64,000 nt of DNA, taken from positions 4,694 through 68,693 of the forward strand of contig MCFE01000476.1 in assembly GCA_002104905.1 (NCBI GenBank). Direction: 5' to 3'. Below the pieces are notes generated by a model, which was not told the origin of the DNA, made no database searches, and saw only the letters and a program-made list of their open reading frames with translations. Position 1 is the first letter of the stretch, and every line of letters starts with the position of its first letter. The stretch comes from Basidiobolus meristosporus CBS 931.73. Lineage: Eukaryota; Fungi; Basidiobolomycota. The position numbers and the translations under genes are program-made. Of this stretch, positions 62,112 to 64,000 are shown in pieces.

Positions 62112-62236
62112 GGCACTGGTAGCAAAGATTAATTTGGTTAGATTAATATTTGCAATTGTAGCTTTTCTAAGCATATCTCTATTACTTAACCTGTTTTCCT
62201 CTAAACATGCAAGATATTTCAAGGGGGAAGTATAAT

Positions 62237-64000
62237 AGACTTGTTCTGTTGTGGTGGTGTATAGGTCCAAGGGAGAGATACGTCCAACACTTCTCAAGTG
62301 TTTTGTGTGTGGGGTGTTCACTGGGTGCAATAACCTCTGGCAAAAGCTTGCTAGGAATACTTGGGTTCTGTCTCTAATCTAATGTGAAGGGGAATAAAGC
62401 CACAAGCTTGTCAAGGGAAAACTATTGAGGTACAATCCCCAACTTAGTTGGCGTCTTAACAAAAGTATGTGCTGGGTTCAGTGTCCTTTGAGATGACAAT
62501 GTACTAAAGCTTCCAAAGTCAAAACAACTGTAAACTCCACCAGCAGGGACTTGATAAGAATGCAGCTGTGGTCAATAGTTACAAAGACAGAAAAGTATCT
62601 TTGCCTGTACAAGAACAAACTTGGGAAAGAATCAAATATAATAAAAGATACCTACTCTGAGTATTCCTCACAAGTAGTGCCTCCAAGGTCAGTTGGCTGT
62701 CAGCGCGGTTTCCTGGGAGTGTCCTGTGGTCTGGGGTTGGAAGTTCAGGTAGCAGCAGGTAGCAGTGATCACACTAATCAACAAGTCGGTGTATTGATAA
62801 AAGGAATGATGATTTATTGTTGAGGGATAGCCTCCCTTATATACTTTTCTCACTGGCTAAGTGATTACTAATCATGGTGTTCCAGAAGGTTCCGGAGATC
62901 AATAGAAATCTTAATGACATCAGAATGACCTAAGAATGTTCTAAGTAGGTGCCGGAAGGTTCTAAGAGGCACAGCACATCCAACCAATCAGGAATCAGTA
63001 TTCTGAAACCTGTGTAACATGGGGATACCATATACGGTATGGAAATGGTAGGGATGGTGACACAGGCTGATCATGTGTCACAGGTACTGGCGCGGGTACT
63101 TGCCTAATATTGAAGTACTTATAGCTAGTAATCTTACATAAAGTGAGGGGTAACTTATGCAATAAGGTAAGCAGGTGTGATAGTCAACCGGCTTATGGGA
63201 TAGTACTGATTGGGTAAGACAAATGGGATAAAACTAAAATAAGTGTAGTAGAGATATAGGGAAGTAGAAAATAAGGGAATGAGCACATCTGTCAGTGGGT
63301 GTTACTGTCACCCCACTACACCGTTGGATAGTGCCACATTGAGCCATGAGTGCCAAATGATGCCATGGTGTGCCAGAGAGGTCAAGTGAGCCTCTACCTG
63401 GCCACAGAGTGTGAAACATAGCTCCGCATCTTCATGCAAAGCAGCCCCTGTGTTTCACCCATTGTGTTGGAGAAAATCCATTTTTGGACCTTTTTTTTTG
63501 GATCAATGTTGTGCAGGATGTGTTAGAGCACAAGCAGATTGAAGATATGCATCTGGTACTCAATACCTATGGCACTCTGAATCTAGCTCCTGTAGCTTGT
63601 ATCATGTCACAAAAATGAATGGCACTATCTTGGTCCACTGGTACTATCTGGCACTATAAGTGCTTTGTATAGATCTTACTTTAGGGCTAATATTTAAATA
63701 TAGTGCCAGATAGTACCAGTGGACCAAGATAGTGCCATTCATTTTTGTGACATGATACAAGCTACAGGAGCTAGATTCAGAGTGCCATGGGTATTGAGTA
63801 CCAGATGCATATCTTCAGTTCTCCTGTGCTCTTACACATCCTGAGCTACATTGATCCACAAAAAAAGGTCAAAAAATGGATTTTCTCCTGCGCAATGGGT
63901 GAAACACAGGGGTTGCTTTACATGAAGATGCTGAGCTATGTTTCACACTCTGTGGCCAAGTATAGGCTCACTTGACCTCTCTGGCACACTATGGCATTGT
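62237..64000. mobile_element. Foldback MITE, copy 4, with an R1 LTR inserted in its terminal repeat; runs off the window
   Basis: AAT|AGACTTGTTCTGT[R1]CCGTTGGATAGTGCC... Confidence 0.9.
62250..63320. mobile_element. R1 solo LTR
   Basis: TGTGGTGG...CCACTACA; flanks CTGT/CCGT; the uninterrupted MITE reads CCGT. Confidence 0.9.

Noticed and set aside
1-64000. CRISPR array, tRNA/rRNA genes, telomeric or satellite arrays, host genes
   Set aside because: No short regularly spaced repeats, cloverleafs or non-TE coding sequences were seen; the repeats are explained by LTRs, MITEs and TE paralogs.
1-64000. Classical CpA>TpA RIP
   Set aside because: CpA and TpG remain abundant and the observed changes centre on CpG.

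Overview
Eukaryotic (probably fungal) repeat-dense, CpG-depleted window made almost entirely of nested transposable elements. I found no host gene, RNA gene or CRISPR array. Content: (1) three Ty1/Copia families (A, B, C) with half-tRNA-iMet-type PBS, none fully intact; (2) Ty3/Gypsy relics; (3) a ~1.07-kb solo-LTR family (R1) whose 4-bp target sites are all centred on CpG; (4) a CACTA/CMC-like DNA transposon family with CCCTA-type TIRs, a 4-bp TSD and a divergent second gene, whose oldest copy (about 2465-29189) hosts most of the left half of the window; (5) a young PHIS-superfamily (PIF/Harbinger-related, Pangu-like) element at 18702-23201 with AGACTTGTTCC TIRs and an ATT TSD, carrying an intact DDE transposase ORF with no CpG at all and a divergent CpG-rich second ORF; (6) four ~734-bp foldback MITEs with the same termini and ANT TSDs. 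All boundaries, TSDs and counts were read by eye from the sequence; family names are inferred from motifs, not from database searches.
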